From the NCBI RefSeq assembly GCF_009914755.1, contig NC_060925.1: a stretch of DNA of 64,000 nt. One strand, written 5' to 3'. Below, piece after piece: positions 12,072 to 24,760 of this stretch. A program made the translations under genes and the position numbers. The stretch comes from the human T2T-CHM13v2.0 reference genome, Homo sapiens. The notes below the pieces were generated by a model. The model searched no databases. It was not told the origin of the DNA and saw nothing but the letters and a program-made list of their open reading frames with translations. How positions within the stretch are numbered: the first letter of the stretch is position 1; each line of letters starts with the position of its first letter.

Positions 12072-14526
12072 TATACACATTTTTAAATGCAGACTTGTTG
12101 AAGTTGCTGACCCTCCTGGCCAAGGGCAGCTGCCTTTGTCCTGGATGTCAATGTCCATGAAAACAGCCTCAGAACTATCAGGGTCTCCCTTCCGACCAGG
12201 GCCTGAGGCAGAGCTTCCAGAGACCCTGCACATGGAACACATTGGAAGCCCTTGTCGGGTGCCACCTTCTAAGTAAACACACTTAAAAAAGCACAAAGCA
12301 GCAAGAATTGCGGCCCGGGAGCAGTGGCTGCAGCCTCCCGAGGTGAGCCTGTCTGCACCATCTGCATCGCATCTCTCCCTGCAGCTACTCCAGGCTCGGG
12401 TTTCAGCCTCCCCTCCACCTGTCACCGTTGTTTATCCTCCTCAGCACTCACAGCCCCATCTCTCTGGGCCTTGTCTTAAAGGGTCTTTAGAAAATTTTTG
12501 GCAATCTTGACTTCTTTCCCCCTTGGAAAAAAAGCGTCCTCTGTGTGCCTGAGGGGAACGCACTGGGTTGATCCCTCAGCGGCAGCCAGAAGGCAAGGCG
12601 GGAAAAACGAGCCTGGCCTGAAACCACGCCCGTGCTCAAAGTGATGTTTACTTAGAAGGTGGCACCCGACAAGGGCTTCCAATGTGTTCCATGTGCAGGA
12701 TCTCTTGGAAGACGGATGCCGTGTGCACGCAAAGACGGCAGCCAGCTCCTCACAGAAGGCCGCCCGGCTCAGAACAGGTCCCTTCAGCCGGCTCAGCAGC
12801 CAGTGAGAAGCAACAGCAAACGTAATTAACTCCATGCGTTCCCGTTAGCGGGCCGCCATCCCTTGTCCCCAACTGTCACATCTCTGAAAGCTCTGGTAAA
12901 TGAATCGAACACTTCTTTTATCTCATCGTCCAGGACATGGCGCTGTAATGCTGAACATATGTGCAGAGTTTGTGTGTTCTTGATCGGGAACGGCAGGCCC
13001 AGGACACGTTTTCTGTGGCAGCTCGAATGCAGCTGAGGGCGCTTGCGGGCCAGAGCGACCAGTCCCCTCTAGAAGCAGCGGAGTCTTCTGGAGCCTGTGC
13101 TGGCTCTTTGTTGTTGGATGAACAAGTCTTCTAGGCTCTGCCTTGCCAGGATGGAGCACCCTCATGCTCTGTGATGGGTGTGCCGGGCCACAGGTCCCCA
13201 GCCAGAAACAGAGGCTAAGAACTATGCCAGAGGTTTTGGTTCACCTCTGTCACCGGCTGACACCACCGACACGTTGTCCTTAGGCACCAGACCTGCCAGT
13301 GAGCCCCCAGCAGAGCCCGGTCCAAGTGCGGGATGGACTGTGGCGTAGATGCTGGGAAGAGGTGTCCACTGCTCTGTGGCTGTCCAGTCACTGCCCTTAC
13401 ATCCAGAGACCCCCGCTCACAGCAGAGGAGGAGGGCCATCAGAGCCAGGTGCCACTCTGATGCCCTCCCTAGGTCCCGTGGGGAGGAGAGAAGGCTACGT
13501 GGGCCTCTGGGCAGACCTGGGTGGGACAAGCACAGGGCCCAGCACGCCCATCGGGACAGGAGTCCAACTGACCGAGTGCTGTGGCCACAGCGCCCGCAGA
13601 TGACAACAGGAGCGGAAGAGCCATCCCACCCGCCTGGCTCCCAGCAGGACCCCCTGACTCAGGCCCTGCTGGGACCAGGCCACTGCATTTTCCCCAAGTG
13701 GAACATCCCTGGAAAGTCACAAACATGGGGCCAGATGTGCGGGTGCCGTCCCGCGGCGGGAACGAGGCAGGTGGCTGGCGGCCGGAGTCTATGCACTCTC
13801 GTTTTCTCGGCGGAGCCACTTGTGTGTGCTGGAGCGAGGACACTGACTAACAACGGCGGCAGTGTCTGCGGAACAGCGTTCCATTGAGCGCAGGAAAGGC
13901 CTTTTGAAGTGGGGACAGTTTTAAGAGGCAGCATTCCTCGCCTCACATTTCGGCTCTGGGGCGTGGACAGAGGGTGCCACAGATACCCTTTGGGAGGCCT
14001 CCGTCCCCCTTTAAACCAAGCAGCTGCTTTCACCGTCACAGCCTGTGGGCCGTCTCCCCTGGGACCCTCCTCAGCATGGGCTTCAGCTGCACGCCAGCCC
14101 CCAACAGGGCTGGAGACGGGGTCTCTGGGGATGACGTGTTGAAGCCGTCCAGGACCCAGAGCCACACTGAGCACTCATGGCCTAGACCCTCCACCGATGT
14201 CTGGGCAGCTGCCCCCTCCCTCACAGCCAGCAGGCAGAACGACCCCTGAAAGTTGTGTGTAGCACAAGATAATTGCAGTTTTGTGGAGGAAAGGAAAAGG
14301 CTACAAAGAAAAGGGTATCTGTGGAACGTGGCCCTGCTGTTCCTGCATGCCACAGTCCACATCCTACCCAGCTGGAACCCTGAAGCTCACCTGGGGCATA
14401 ACACCGGCCCAACTGTGAGCTCCTCGGATCGGGAGCAGATGGGGAATCGGAAGGATGGTGTTGTGGGGCTTTTGGAGAAGACCCCACATGGGCTGGGGTG
14501 AAGAGTGGAACAGAAGGCTATGTGAC

Positions 14527-14864
14527 CAGGTGGTGAGAAGTGACTGTGACCCGGGAGCGAGGGCAGGTGGTGAGAAGTGACGCGGTCTGGGAGGGCAGGA
14601 GGTGAGAAGTGACTGCGGTCCAGGAGGGCAGGTGGTGAGAAGTGACTGTGGCCCAGGAGGGCAGGTGGTGAGAAGTGACTGTGGCCCAGGAGGGAGGGCA
14701 GGTGGTGAGAAGTGACTGCGGTCCAGGAGGGCAGGTGGTGAGAAGTGACCGCGGCCCAGGAGGGCAGGTGGTGAGAAGTGACCGTGGCCCAGGAGGGCAG
14801 GTGGTGAGAAGTGACCGTGGCCCAGGAGGGCAGGTGGTGAGAAGTGACTGTGGCCCGGGAGGGG
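14527..14864. repeat. 33-bp minisatellite, ~10 copies
   Basis: Unit CAGGTGGTGAGAAGTGACTGTGGCCCAGGAGGG with small variants; 11-aa periodicity in overlapping ORFs. Confidence 0.96.
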
Positions 14865-16716
14865 TGTCTGCTGGTAGCCAGCTGGTCCCGGGGACATCTG
14901 TCTGGAAGGTGAAGGAAGACACCTGTGTTCACTCAGTCCCATCCCGAGGCAGACATTTCTCCAAGGAGCATGGAGTGGCCTCAACTCCTTCCCCTGCCTT
15001 TGTCTTCATTCTAGTCCTGGTGACCCTGTCCTCCTTCTAGCAGACGTGCCACCGGCACATGAGTGAGTGCAAATGTCAAACATGATGGAAAGTTCTGGAG
15101 CCATGCATAGCGGGCACGTGGTGTGTATGCTTGTCCACCCTCTGCATGGGACACCCCAGGCGTCCTTCCACCTGGGAACCAGGCAATCAAAGCAGACTCG
15201 GGCTCACAACGGGCGGTCATGGTTGCGGCAAGAAGAGCCAAGGAAATATAAAGGAGGCTGGGGAGGTGCCCGGGAGTGGGGCAGGCAGAGATGGGTCAGG
15301 AGGGGCCAAGACAGCTCAGCAGGGTGGGGCTCGGGTGTCATCGGGGTCCACCAGGCCAGGCTCACGGTGGGAACCAGTGGAAGACGGAGAAGAGGAAGCA
15401 GGGTCGCCTGGGACTGCCGAGGGCCTTCGGGTCACAGATGGTCCTTTCTAAAGAGTAGGAGTCATCAGAACTCTCTGGAAGCAGCTACCACAGATCCCAC
15501 AGCAGGAAGAATCTTCTGGAAGTTGGAGCCCTCTTGAGGCTGTCACAAAGCCGGCCGGGTCTCCTCACAACCTCACAGGTCCTAAAATCCCCCCCGTGGG
15601 ACGGTCTCCTCCCAGGCTGCCCTGACCTGCTCCAGGGAGCGTCGGGGAGCCATAGGGAGTGTCGGGGAGCCAGGAGCAGCACAGCCTTCCCTGTAGCACA
15701 CTCTCAGCTGGCCCCAGAACTGTTCGGGGTTCACACAGGAACGAGCCCTCTTTCCAGCTCAGCGTGGTCTCGGGATTTGAAGACACCACAGCGTGCATCA
15801 TTATGTAGGGGCAAATCAGCCCCTCCTGGCTGCTCTCCAGGGAGCAGAGAGAAGGACCCTGGCATGTGAGAAGCTGCTACCCCACCCTGCCGGAGTGGGG
15901 CCTTTCTGACTGGGCAAGGCCCATCACAGCCAGCCTCCCCTGGGGAGACCAGAGGCAGATGCTCAAAGTCCTCCAGCCCGGGGGTCGGGTGGTAAAAGGC
16001 TGCTGTCCGCTCCTGACTGCATCTCGGGGCCCGCGACAGTGTGAGAAGGGCTGCCCGCCTCTCAAGACGGGTGTCCCATTAACTGCTGTCTGTCCACTGT
16101 CATTTTCCTTTGACAACTTGTTGAACACAGCAGCGTCCCACATGAGATGGACAAGCTCACATTGCCCTTAATTAAACATACCCCAGGAAGGTATTCTTCT
16201 CCGGGAATTTCCTCCCAGCAGGGAGGGAGTCTCTGGGCTGCTGGTCCCTGGATGCTCGGGGCCGAGGGATCCCGGCGAGCACGGGGGAGCTGGGACTTGG
16301 AAGCCTCTGCCAAGCCCTTCTCAGGCCCAGATCCTGCATTCGGGCAGTTTGATTTTCTTGGGGCATCCTGAGTGCCATCCATGGGTGTCTTCCTTTGTGA
16401 GAATCTTATCCTGCCTTGATTTCATGAGCATGAAATTCATAGTGAGCTCCCATTGCCCCCCAATAAGGCCCCCTTGGAAACAAGCCCCCACAGTGGCCGG
16501 GGGGCAGGTGCACAGCTCAGAATTGCCCACTTGAAGGTCCTTTTCCAAGGTGACCACAGCCACCCAGGAGGAAAAACTCAGGAAGCTGAAATGTCAGGAC
16601 CAAAATCCTTTCAAAGAAGGAGAAGGAGGAGGAAGGAAGGAGGAGAAAGCAGAAAACTCCAAACATCACAACACGGGCCCGCTGCAGCTCCCACCTCCAG
16701 CTAAAGCAGCCCGGCC

Positions 16717-16833
16717 AAAGGCAGCACCTCCTGAGCCAGCCCGCTACGCACACCTCAGCCCTTCATGAGTTAAAGGCAGCGCCCCCCGCCCCCCGAGCCA
16801 GCCCGCTACGCACACCTTAGCCCTTCATGAGTT
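16717..16833. repeat. Two-copy tandem duplication (~55-62 bp)
   Basis: aaaggcagc...gagccagcccgctacgcacacct(c/t)agcccttcatgagtt twice. Confidence 0.9.
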
Positions 16834-18711
16834 CCCTCATTTTGTCTGCGGGGGGGAAGTTCACATGCCTCCCCCGCATCTTGTTGCACGTGGCCTCTGG
16901 CGTAGAAACTGCTGGATGAGATGCAAAGTCCTGCTACGCAGCCTCAGTCCTCCGAGAGCTCCAGGTGGGTTTCTGGAAGGGAATAGGGGTCAGACCCACC
17001 CAAATCCACCCCACCGTGGCCACGACGTGGCAGTGAATGTGCTTGAAAAGAAGACAGAGCAAAGCTTTTCCTTCGGCGTGAGGTCCTGGGCGGAGGTCTG
17101 TATTGTGGGTGGTTTATCGGTTCTTCAGGGGCCCCTGGTTTTCCATGAAGTGGCCCCCAAGTCGTCCTGCCTGGCAGCCTCACCTTGACCTGGTAATTTA
17201 CAAACCCAAAAGTGCCCGACAAGGAGCCACAGCCTCTTGAAGCGCTCAGAGGTTAACACGGTGACACCCACCCTATCTGGGGCACTTTCTGGACAAGCCC
17301 CCGGAGGATGGCTCCTCTTCCATTCCAACCCAGGCCTCCACTGAGCCGTCCACATCCAGGATTCCCACCGCTCAGCCCCTCACCCCCGGCAACAGCCTAG
17401 TAATGACCCTGGGCTCCTGCACGTGGCCCCCTGGTGCAAGGGCAAAATTAAAGCAGGCTGGACAGCAGCATAGTTATTTGCTGCCGGGCAGTGACTTCCT
17501 CCCCCACTCAGCTGCGCGGGGGACAGGCGGGCCTTATGGAAACCAGAGGCAGAGCAAAGCTTTAATTTTCATGGCCGGGCCAGGAGGCCCAGAGGCCCAA
17601 CATGGGCCCGCGCAGCCTCAGCCAGGTGCCCCGAGCAGGACACGTTGCTTCGGAAGGAAGCAGCATGTTTTCGGGGACCCTGTGGTTTCTGGGTGCTGCT
17701 GTTCCCACCTGGCGAGCGCTGCCTTCTGCACGCTGCCAGGGCTGTGTGTGTACGCCGTCCCTCATTCCCTCGTGCAGCCTGGGAAAGCCTTACCCAGTGC
17801 TGGGCCCCTGAAGTTTCCTCCCAGGGGATGCAAAGGAAGGGAAGGCACCAGGGTCCCCAGGAGAAAATAGGTTTCTCTGAGCCAGGGACCCACTCGGCCA
17901 GTGGGCGAGGGCAGCAACCTGGAGCTGGCACTGTGGGTTCCTTTTGGGTCTGTTCAGGAAAGTGGGAGTCGGGTCGCATGGCCCCCCGCCTGGAGCTTGG
18001 CAGTGCCCAGGGGGCCTTGGGTGGGCGCAGTGACCCTGGGCGCCCTGTGCCGCCGTCCTCCTCTGCCACACACTCAGCCTGCTGTGGCACCAACAAACCC
18101 CTACCAAGCACCTACTGTGTGTCACACGTGTGCCAGATCTGGTTCCCCACCCCTGGGCTGGGGGCTGTCCCTGCCCCTGAGGGTCAGGAAGAGGAAAGGC
18201 GCGTGTGGCTGGGTTTGGGAAGGAAGGAGAGGCAGTGAGGAGGGGACCTCCTGGCCAATACAAGTGCTCCCTCCCGCCTCTTCCTCCTTATATTGGGCAG
18301 GCCCACACCCCAAAGCCCCACTGTATTCCACCACAGGACCTGAAAGAGCTCTGGACCATGGGGTGATCCATGGGGTTGGTGGTGCCCCCAGAGTCAGCCA
18401 ACAGACAAGGAGAGGGAATACTGGGGGCTCTGTGCTAGGCAGCCAGCGGCCCTGAATGTTAGCTGCAGGCAGAGGTGTCAGGCCCTGAAGCTGCCACTGC
18501 ACACACAGGTCATAAATCCCGCCTAAGTGGCTCCCGTCACCTCGCCGCGGCCTCGTTTCCATTCTGCAGCAGCCAAAGGTGATTAATGAGAATTATCATT
18601 TGTGCTAATCAGAGCCGTTTGGAGGAGGTTGGGGTGGAAGGAAATGCCCTTTGTGGGGCTGCAGGGACGACTTTGAAGGCTGTCAGCTGCACGTGTTTAT
18701 GTGCGCAGGGA

Positions 18712-18870
18712 TGCACGTGCACACACATGCACACATACACACACGCACACATGCACACAAACGCACACACGCATGCACACATGCACACACACGCACACAC
18801 GCACACAAACATGCACACATACGCGCACGCACACACACATACACATACATGTTCATGCCACATACGCACA
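18712..18870. repeat. Degenerate (CA)n/(CACATG)n repeat
   Basis: Alternating purine-pyrimidine tract. Confidence 0.9.
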
Positions 18871-19793
18871 GAACTGGCCTGTGGGGCCAGGGAGGGTCTG
18901 GGAAGATGGCGAAGAGGTGAGGCTAAGAAATAACCCTTGACCTGTGGCTCAGGGGGGCTCTAGCGCCCCGATGTGCCGACAGCCGGAGAACACAGGCTTC
19001 GCACAGCTTGGTCCGGCTGGAATGAATTCTTTCCTGCCACTGAGCACGACCATGACTTAATGCGCTTGGCGGCCGCTCGCAGACTAGACAGGCTTGGCCA
19101 AAATCAGACCCAGTGCAGCAGGACTCCGGGACGCGCTGATGTCCTGACGGGAAGGCACGCACTCTCTGTGGGTTCTGCCTTCTCCCCTCAAGTGGACGGC
19201 CGTGTCCCCTGCCCTGGGCCCTCCATGCCTGTTCGCGCTCAGTATGCCGGGACACTCTCTTCCCACCCATCTCCCAGGCTGTGCCGACCAGGGCTGTGCA
19301 GCGGGCCTCCCAGCCTCCGTAGCCTGCTCCGGGGGCCAGTGTGGCTTAAAGATACAAAGTGTCCTTTTATTGGAAATATCAATTCAGAAAGGGGCTAGTA
19401 GTAAGCTGAGAATATTTGGATAATCTTGACAGCCCTGAGGACTAAAAAAGACCTTTTGTTCCCAGAGAGAAAAAGGCCGTCGCACCACCCTGGGCTTGCT
19501 GGAGCAGTTCCAGAAAAAACTGAGGTCGGAGCAGAAAAATGATTAGGGCGTCTCGTGAAAGATCTCTACTCTAGGTCAAATGTTTATTATTATTTATTTT
19601 ATTTTTTTACTAGAATGTGTGGTTAACATGCTATTGCATAACATCAGGCTGTAACCGTGTCTGTGAACACCACGTCAGTCTACCCGGTCTGTAGTGCACA
19701 AAGAGAACTTTGTAGCATCCCGGGGAGTGAGGGGGCTGCACGTGCGTGTTTTGTTTTGCTAGGCTTTGTTTTCAGGATGCTGACAACCGGTTA

Positions 19794-20202
<409 letters not shown>

Positions 20203-22924
20203 TCATGGCAGACGTGACTTGGGAGGGGTCTTGTCTGGCAGAGGAAAGTTGAATTCAAGCTCTTTGCTGTGGTTGAGCCAGGTGGGGACACCCCTAGATG
20301 CTACCTTTCAGCTGATCCCAGGCCTAACGCACCCACAGCCAAATGGCTTTTGGGGAGTGGCTGGAATGTGACAGCTGCCGGCCCAACAGCTCTCAAAAGT
20401 GCCGGGCTCAAGCGTCCATTGTCCAAAAACACGTGCGGTCCTGTGGTTCCCTAGGTTCACAAGGAGAACTTCTTCCCCGCTGTAGACTACGTGTATAAAT
20501 AGAACATATTGGCAAGAGTGGAAGGAGTGTATTTTAAAGCACTTACACTTCTGAATGTATGTTTTATACTGATAAGAATTAATGGAGCCGGTAGTGAGTA
20601 CACTGATTTTCAGTGTTATGATTCTGTTATATTTTGTTTTAATTAAATGGGATATGAAATCGAAAAGGCAAGCTTGTCTTCAAAAGAAGGCATTTGAGGA
20701 AGAATCAAACTAACTCTTTGTACTTTAAAAAATCATTTAAAAGTAGTTGTTGTTTAGAGAGGAAGACTAAACAAAAGCAACTTAACGTAAAAGTAAAGTC
20801 ATCATCTGCAGAGAGCTGGAGGAGGGGACAGAGATGAAGGGTTTGGGGAACATTCTGTACCTGACATGCCAGAGGGCCCAATCCCCTCAAAGAGTCAGGG
20901 AACCTTCTAGAAAACAGTCTATCCATTCCCAACAGAGGGGAGGAGGTGAGGGCAACCTACCGAAATCATGCATCGCTGAGAACCTGCTGGTCCTTCCAGA
21001 GCCACCCGCCCGTGGCTGACGCAGGCACCTGACATTCATTAGGAGGCAGTCCCGACAGATGCTTCCTCGTGGCGGACTTCCCAGCTCAGGAGCCGCAACA
21101 CGGGCCAGGCTCCGACACCTCTGTCTGGAGAGAAGTTTGCGGGGGTCTTGGCCACCAGAAAAGAGTGCTATGATTGAGCCCTGGGTGGTGGAGCCCTGGC
21201 TCTGGCTGGGCCCCGGGCAGGAAGACACCGTAGGAGACTCTTCTGTATCCATGGCTGTTCTGAGCATCTGTGAAGGATCCAGAGCTCCAGAAAGTCAAAA
21301 GCCAAGCAAAGGCCACGAACCATGCCTCACCCCAAAGACAGTGTCTCCCCCAAGCCCAGCCGCTCCCACCCTGAGGGGAAAGGGGCCATCTTTGCACAAG
21401 GCCCTCCTCTTGAGAAAGCTCCAATGCAGTCACCAGGGAGGTGTCCTGGCTCAGGATAGCAGACAGGGACCCACCCGTAAACCGTGTTGTGCTGCTTTAA
21501 ATTCAGCAGGATTTTTTCTTCTTTTCCCATGAGTTTTTATTCACATCCTGGTAACATCAACAGAGGCAGATCTGCCAGAATAAGTCATCTCTGCAGCTCC
21601 CTCCAGGGAGGAAAGACAATGTGTCCTCCCATCTTTGTCTTTTTCAACAGAAAAAAAAATAGCAATAGCAAAATCCACAAAGAAAGATCAGGATTAAAAT
21701 GTTCTGCAGCTTCTATACACCCCCATTCAAATTCCGGGTAATCGGCCGCATGCTGCCTCCCCTCGGAGAGGCCGTGGGGTTGGCGGATGCAGTTCAGAAT
21801 CATTTGTGTCATATAAGTGCTTGTGATTAGATTTTTAATAAACCATTTTGATTCTATTTCCTGGGCTTAAATAGATGTCTGAACATGGCTGGTGAGGACC
21901 TGAAAGGGATCCAGGTAATATCATTGTGGGGGACACACTCTTAATTCCTTTGATATATTTTGTCAAAGGTGACTAGCTGTAGGTACAGGCTGGAACTCGG
22001 GGGGAGCGAGCGCGCTATTGAACTTAATTGGTTCCATTTGTCATTCAAAACTGACTCTGCAGCACCTCTGTCTGTGAATCACTTCCTAACTTGCCGATCT
22101 GGCCCATCGTGCCCACGGTTTGGGAAGGAAGCCAGCTTTGGCTTCCAAGGGAGATGTCTTAAGCAGAGTTCACGTCCAAGGGTGGGCTTAGCACACAGCT
22201 CAAAGCCCATCACCGAGCATCTGGGTGGTCTCTGGCTGGGATGCTACCACCTGAGAAGCAGATCATCCAGGAAGGAGCCTGTGTCATCCAGATATCCGGC
22301 ATTGCAGTTTCCAGCATCTCCGTTCTTCCACATCCGCTGGGCAGCTGGGTATGAGGAGAAAGGATGGGCTGATTCGTTCCAGTTCACGGGCCCTGGGGCC
22401 CTTCTCCACACAACCAGCCGGACTGTGGCTGAGCTCCAGGCTCTGCTGAGAAAAACAGAAATCCTGGGAAGTAGAATCATTATAAAGAACCATTTGGAGG
22501 AAAAGCATGTCTCTCTCAATTAAGCCAAAAGGAGGCCCAGGCCAGCATCTTTTTATGCACGCATACCTGGGCCTAGTCCGGGAAGAAACCAGAGTTGGCT
22601 ATTTGCAGGGCATCCAAAGACAACATTGTCTGCACCAAGAATCCTTTGCCAATGACCATTTTTGTATGTCAAAGAGCAGCAAGAGCTGTTCTTTATAGGG
22701 ATTGGCAAGGTATTTGCTTAGACTTGGCCTGTTGAGATTTGAGCTATTTGCAAGAGCTGATCTCAAAACATCAGGCCTGATACGAAAGGCAGTGAGTCAC
22801 TGAGCTCCTCCAGCCCGGCGTGTCACAGGGAGAAGAAAGAAGGATGGGCTCGGAGAGACTGAGTCAGCTGCAGGGAAGGCACTAAATATAACTGGGCTGG
22901 ATCCATCCTGGCCCTTCTCCATGC

Positions 22925-22990
22925 AACCAGACTTTTGCTAAGCACCTACTATGTGCCAGGGCCCAAAGGGTGCTGAGATGAACAAACCCA
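22925..22990 (-). mobile_element. L2 3' end fragment
   Basis: agcacctactatgtgccagg...gagatgaacaa is the typical reverse-complement L2 3' end (related MIR segment not excluded). Confidence 0.6.
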
Positions 22991-23259
22991 CCGTGGCCTC
23001 TGCTTTGGGGAGACTGGCCACTGTGACACTGCACCTAGGGGAAAATTGCAACCATAACACTTTCCAGAGGACAATGATCTGGAAAATGTTGCAACTCTGA
23101 TTTCCAGAGAGGCAAGTAACCAGGAAAAGGCTTTCCACATCCCTCAGCAGAGCCCGTGAATAAGAAGGGAAAGGATTTGAAATGGAGGGATGAAGACAGA
23201 CCCCTGGGAAACGGAGGCATAGGGAGTGCTGGCTGACAGTCTCAGTCATCTGGAGGCGC

Positions 23260-23500
23260 CTTCATTCATTCATTTGTTCCCCAAGCATGCATTGAGCACT
23301 CATGGTTTGCCTGGCTCTGGGAATCAGCCAGATAAAACCTTCCAGCCCCACCACCCACCAGAGGAGAGGAAGTGACCTGCGACGTGATAGCCATGGCCCA
23401 GTGCAGTGTCCATGCTAAGAAGGGCAGGGACTGTGAGAGTGTCTGAGAGGAGCCTCACCCTGATGTGAGGGACCAGGGCAGGCTTCCCAGGAGAGGTGTC
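23260..23500 (-). mobile_element. L2 3' end fragment
   Basis: ttcattcattcatttg...aagcatgcattgagcact...tgcctggctctgggaat; inner boundary approximate. Confidence 0.6.
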
Positions 23501-23608
23501 CTGTGCTCTGCCACCATGACAACTCCTGGAATGGTGTTCCCTTGTGTCTCACCATACGAAGTTGGGGAAGCCATAAGTGTCTGGGCAAGTTGAGGGGAGG
23601 GTCTGCTC

Positions 23609-24431
23609 CCCATCCATCCATCCACTCATTTATTAATCCATCCACCATCTATTCATCCATCCGTCCACCCACCCATCCATCCATTAATTATCCATCCACC
23701 CACCCATCCACCATCCATTCATCCATCCATCCATCCATGCATCCACTGAATAATCCACCCATTCATCCATTCACCATCCATCGATTCATCCATTTGTCCA
23801 TCCACCCGCCGATCCACCATCTATTCATCCATCCATCCACCCACCCATCCATCCATTAATTTATTCATCCATCCACCCACCCATCCACCATCCATTCAAC
23901 CATCCATCCATCCATGCATCCACTCAGTAATCCACCCATTCATCCATTCACCATCCATTGATTCATCCATTTGTCCATCCACCCACCGATCCACCATCTA
24001 TCCATCCATCCATCCATCCATCCATCCACCCACCCACCCATCCACCCATCCATCCATCCATTCGTTTATTCATCCATCCACCATCCATTCATCCATTCAT
24101 TCCACATCCATCCATCCACCCATCCATCCATGCATCCATTGAATCATCCATCCATTCATCCATTCACCATCCATCCATTCATCCATTTGTCCATCCACCC
24201 ATCCATTCACCCACCCATGCATCCATCCACCCATTCATCCATTCATCATCCATCCATACATCCATTTATCCATCCACCCACCCATCCACCATCTATCCAT
24301 CCATCCACCCACCCATCCATCCACCCACTCACCCACCCATCCACCATCTATCCATCCATCCACCCACCCATCCATCCATCCACCCACCCACTCACCCATC
24401 CTTCCATTCATCCATCCATCCATCCATTCAT
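23609..24431. repeat. (CCAT)n/(TGGA)n-type degenerate tetranucleotide array, ~820 bp
   Basis: CCAT/CCAC/TCAT units throughout. Confidence 0.97.
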
Positions 24432-24599
24432 GGAAACATTCAGTGAGCCCTGACTGAACACTGATCCTGGGTGAGGCCCTGGAAGAGCTTCAGTTGCTGT
24501 TGGCTACCATCATCAATTAGAGGAGAGTGAGCAGGGCAGGGCGAGCCAAGGTGCATGGCGCTGGTCCTGACAGTGTGAAAGGAGTCAGGTGGACAGCCA

Positions 24600-24760
24600 G
24601 CACCCACCGCCCAGCCCATCTGCCCTTTCTGGCTGTGCAAACTTGGGCCAATTACTTAACTCTTCTGTGCCTCCATTCCCTTATTGACAAATGTGGATAT
24701 GAGGGTGGCTACCCCTGGGGGAGACATGAGCATCCAATGACTCAGTGGTGAGTCTCAGCA
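24600..24760 (+). mobile_element. MIR fragment
   Basis: ctggctgtgcaaacttgggccaattacttaactcttctgtgcctccattcccttattgacaaatg matches the MIR core. Confidence 0.75.

Noticed and set aside
14527-14864. 33-bp repeats superficially like a CRISPR array
   Set aside because: Head-to-tail units without unique spacers, no cas genes, human intron.
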